This document shows, in pieces, positions 10,419 to 13,520 of a stretch of DNA of 13,520 nucleotides (position 1 is the first letter of the stretch; every line of letters begins with the position of its first letter). The notes below the pieces were generated by a model that saw only the letters and a program-made list of their open reading frames with translations, was not told the origin of the DNA and searched no databases. The stretch is from a virus. Lineage: Duplodnaviria; Heunggongvirae; Uroviricota; Caudoviricetes. Location: the IMG/VR virus record IMGVR_UViG_2713896904_000001; one strand, written 5' to 3'. The translations under genes were made by a program, and so were the position numbers.

Positions 10419-12972
10419 ACCGGTAGGCGATCTGGTCGTTGATTTGAGTCTGGATGCGGCCAGATTTGACGAGCAGATGGCCAGAGTCAGGCGTCATTTT
10501 TCCGGTACGGAAAGTGATGCGAAAAAAACAGCGGCAGTCGTTGAACAGTCGCTGAGCCGACAGGCGCTGGCTGCACAGAAAGCGGGGATTTCCGTCGGGC
10601 AGTATAAAGCCGCCATGCGTATGCTGCCTGCACAGTTCACCGACGTGGCCACGCAGCTTGCAGGCGGGCAAAGTCCGTGGCTGATCCTGCTGCAACAGGG
10701 TGGTCAGGTTAAGGACTCCTTCGGCGGGATGATCCCCATGTTCAGGGGGCTTGCCGGTGCGATCACCCTGCCGATGGTGGGGGCCACCTCGCTGGCGGTG
10801 GCGACCGGTGCGCTGGCGTATGCCTGGTATCAGGGCAACTCAACCCTGTCCGATTTCAACAAAACGCTGGTCCTTTCCGGCAATCAGGCGGGTCTGACGG
10901 CAGATCGCATGCTGGTCCTGTCCAGAGCCGGGCAGGCGGCAGGGCTGACGTTTAACCAGACCAGCGAGTCACTCAGCGCACTGGTTAAGGCGGGAGTAAG
11001 CGGTGAGGCTCAGATTGCGTCCATCAGCCAGAGTGTGGCGCGTTTCTCCTCTGCATCCGGTGTGGAGGTGGACAAGGTCGCTGAAGCCTTCGGGAAGCTG
11101 ACCACAGACCCGACGTCGGGGTTGACGGCGATGGCACGCCAGTTCCATAACGTGACGGCGGAGCAGATTGCGTATGTTGCTCAGTTGCAGCGTTCCGGCG
11201 ATGAAGCCGGGGCATTGCAGGCGGCGAACGAGGCCGCAACACAGGGGTTTGATGACCAGACCCGCCGCCTGAAAGAGAACATGGGCACGCTGGAAACCTG
11301 GGCAGGCAGGACAGCACGGGCATTCAAATCCATGTGGGATGCGGTGCTGGATATTGGTCGTCCTGATACCGCTCAGGAAATGCTGGAGAAAGCCGAAGCA
11401 GCGTTTAAGAAAGCGGACGACATCTGGAATCTGCGCAAGGATGATTATTTTGTTAACGATGAAGCGCGGGCGCGTTACTGGGATGATCGTGAAAAGGCCC
11501 GTCTTGCGCTTGAAGCCGCCCGAAAGAAGGCTGAGCAGCAGAGTCAACAGGACAAAAATGCGCAGCAGCAGAGCGATACCGAAGCGTCACGGCTGAAATA
11601 TACCGAAGAGGCGCAGAAGGCTTACGAACGCCTGCAGACGCCGCTGGAGAAATATACCGCCCGTCAGGAAGAACTGAATAAGGCACTGAAAGACGGGAAA
11701 ATCCTGCAGGCAGATTACAACACGCTGATGGCGGCGGCGAAAAAGGACTATGAAGCGACGCTGAAAAAGCCGAAACAGTCCGGCGTGAAGGTGTCTGCGG
11801 GCGATCGTCAGGAAGACAGTGCTCATGCTGCCCTGCTGACGCTTCAGGCAGAACTCCGGATGCTGGAGAAGCATGCCGGAGCGAATGAGAAAATCAGCCA
11901 GCAGCGCCGGGATTTGTGGAAGGCGGAGAGTCAGTTCGCGGTACTGGAGGAGGCGGCGCAACGTCGCCAGCTGTCTGCACAGGAGAAATCCCTGCTGGCG
12001 CATAAAGACGAGACGCTGGAGTACAAACGCCAGCTGGCTGTACTTGGCGACAAGGTCACCTATCAGGAGCACCTGAACGCGCTGGCACAGCAGGCGGATA
12101 AATTCGCACAGCAGCAACGGGCAAAACGGGCCGCCATTGATGCAAAAAACCGGGGGCTGACTGACCGGCAGGCAGCGCGGGAAGCCACGGAACAGCGCCT
12201 GAAGGAACAGTATGGCGATAATCCGCTGGCGCTGAATAACGTCATGTCAGAGCAGAAAAAGACCTGGGCGGCTGAAGACCAGCTTCGCGGGAGCTGGATG
12301 GCAGGCCTGAAGTCCGGCTGGAGTGAGTGGGAAGAGAGCGCCACGGACAGTATGTCGCAGGTTAAAAGTGCTGCCACGCAGACCTTTGATGGTATTGCAC
12401 AGAATATGGCGGCGATGCTGACCGGCAGTGAGCAGAACTGGCGCAGCTTCACCCGTTCCGTGCTGTCCATGATGACAGAAATTCTGCTTAAGCAGGCAAT
12501 GGTGGGGATTGTCGGGAGTATCGGCAGCGCCATTGGCGGGGCTGTTGGTGGCGGCGCATCCGCGTCAGGCGGTACAGCCATTCAGGCCGCTGCGGCGAAA
12601 TTCCATTTTGCGACCGGAGGATTTACGGGAACCGGCGGCAAATATGAGCCAGCGGGGATTGTTCACCGTGGTGAATTTGTCTTCACGAAGGAGGCAACCA
12701 GCCGGATTGGCGTGGGAAATCTCTACCGGCTGATGCGCGGCTATGCCACCGGTGGTTATGTCGGTACACCGGGCAGTCTGGCGGACAGCCGGTCGCAGGC
12801 GTCCGGGAAGTTTGAGCAGAATAACCATGTGGTGATTAACAACGACGGCACGAACGGGCAGATAGGTCCGGCTGCTCTGAAGGCGGTGTATGACATGGCC
12901 CGCAAGGGTGCCCGTGATGAAATCCAGGCACAGATGCGCGATGGTGGTCTGTTCTCCGGAGGTGGACGATGA
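10411..12972 (+). CDS. H: tail tape measure protein gpH
   Basis: 853-aa ORF MAEPVGDLVVDLSLDAARFDEQMARVRRHF with SD aggaggag; long A/Q/E/K-rich predicted helical centre and Gly-rich hydrophobic C-terminal segment; same length as lambda H; 8-nt overlap with the T stop. Confidence 0.97.
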   Translation: MAEPVGDLVVDLSLDAARFDEQMARVRRHFSGTESDAKKTAAVVEQSLSRQALAAQKAGISVGQYKAAMRMLPAQFTDVATQLAGGQSPWLILLQQGGQVKDSFGGMIPMFRGLAGAITLPMVGATSLAVATGALAYAWYQGNSTLSDFNKTLVLSGNQAGLTADRMLVLSRAGQAAGLTFNQTSESLSALVKAGVSGEAQIASISQSVARFSSASGVEVDKVAEAFGKLTTDPTSGLTAMARQFHNVTAEQIAYVAQLQRSGDEAGALQAANEAATQGFDDQTRRLKENMGTLETWAGRTARAFKSMWDAVLDIGRPDTAQEMLEKAEAAFKKADDIWNLRKDDYFVNDEARARYWDDREKARLALEAARKKAEQQSQQDKNAQQQSDTEASRLKYTEEAQKAYERLQTPLEKYTARQEELNKALKDGKILQADYNTLMAAAKKDYEATLKKPKQSGVKVSAGDRQEDSAHAALLTLQAELRMLEKHAGANEKISQQRRDLWKAESQFAVLEEAAQRRQLSAQEKSLLAHKDETLEYKRQLAVLGDKVTYQEHLNALAQQADKFAQQQRAKRAAIDAKNRGLTDRQAAREATEQRLKEQYGDNPLALNNVMSEQKKTWAAEDQLRGSWMAGLKSGWSEWEESATDSMSQVKSAATQTFDGIAQNMAAMLTGSEQNWRSFTRSVLSMMTEILLKQAMVGIVGSIGSAIGGAVGGGASASGGTAIQAAAAKFHFATGGFTGTGGKYEPAGIVHRGEFVFTKEATSRIGVGNLYRLMRGYATGGYVGTPGSLADSRSQASGKFEQNNHVVINNDGTNGQIGPAALKAVYDMARKGARDEIQAQMRDGGLFSGGGR

Positions 12973-13298
12973 AGACCTTCCGCTGGAAAGTGAAACCCGG
13001 CATGGATGTGGCTTCGGCCCCTTCCGTAAGAAAGGTGCGCTTTGGTGATGGTTACTCCCAGCGAGCGCCTGCCGGGCTGAATTCCAACCTGAAAACGTAC
13101 AGCGTGACGTTTTCTGTTCCCCGTTGGGAGGCCACGGCGCTGGAGTCGTTTCTGGCTGAGCACGGGGGCTGGAAAGCCTTTCTGTGGACGCCGCCTTATG
13201 AGTGGCGGCAGATAAAGGTGACCTGCGCAAAATGGTCGTCGCGGGTCAGTATGCTGCGTGTTGAGTTCAGCGCAGAGTTTGAACAGGTGGTGAACTGA
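12969..13298 (+). CDS. M: tail tip assembly protein gpM
   Basis: 109-aa ORF MKTFRWKVKPGMDVASAPSVRKVRFGDGYSQRAPAG; ATGA overlap with the H stop; same length as lambda M. Confidence 0.95.
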   Translation: MKTFRWKVKPGMDVASAPSVRKVRFGDGYSQRAPAGLNSNLKTYSVTFSVPRWEATALESFLAEHGGWKAFLWTPPYEWRQIKVTCAKWSSRVSMLRVEFSAEFEQVVN

Positions 13299-13520
13299 TG
13301 CAGGATATCCGGCAGGAAACACTGAATGAATGCACCCGTGCGGAGCAGTCGGCCAGCGTGGTGCTCTGGGAAATCGACCTGACAGAGGTCGGTGGAGAAC
13401 GTTATTTTTTCTGCAATGAGCAGAACGAAAAAGGTGAGCCGGTCACCTGGCAGGGGCGACAGTATCAGCCGTATCCCATTCAGGGGAGTGGTTTTGAACT
13501 GAATGGCAAAGGCACCAGTA
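13298..13520 (+). CDS. L: tail tip protein gpL (5' partial, truncated by window end)
   Basis: ATG at 13298 shares one nucleotide with the M stop (TGATG) and has SD aggtgg upstream; translation MQDIRQETLNECTRAEQSASVVLWEIDLTEVGGERYFFCNEQNEKGEP matches the gpL N-terminus; open to the end of the window. Confidence 0.9.
   Translation, partial: MQDIRQETLNECTRAEQSASVVLWEIDLTEVGGERYFFCNEQNEKGEPVTWQGRQYQPYPIQGSGFELNGKGTS

Noticed and set aside
12565-13322. Two overlapping minus-strand ORFs (221 aa and 188 aa) antisense to the H 3' end, M and L
   Set aside because: Antisense to three tightly coupled, confidently assigned tail genes; no start-site signals noted; low-complexity Arg/Pro/Ser-rich translations.

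Overview
This window is co-linear with the left-arm late (morphogenesis) operon of bacteriophage lambda, all on the + strand. It starts about 128 bp inside the cos region (only the distal part of cosB is present, cosN is not in the window) and runs through Nu1, A, W, B, C/Nu3, D, E, FI, FII, Z, U, V, G/G-T, H and M into the 5' part of L, which is truncated by the window end. Gene order, lengths and spacing match my recollection of lambda (NC_001416/J02459) with a constant offset of 128 nt up to FI and 131 nt after it, so the only length change is a one-codon indel in FI. The proteins are near-identical to lambda but carry scattered substitutions, so this looks like a close lambda relative (phage or prophage) rather than lambda itself. 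I find no inserted cargo, moron, RNA gene, CRISPR array or mobile element, and I do not see evidence of a previously undescribed system. The items worth a second look are all small-scale: the G-T slippery site, two terminator-like hairpins flanking the major capsid gene E, the Shine-Dalgarno-poor U-rich leader of E, a divergent central linker in FI, a four-cysteine cluster in terminase A, and hydrophobic Gly-rich segments in the tape measure H. All comparisons to lambda are from memory and should be confirmed by alignment.
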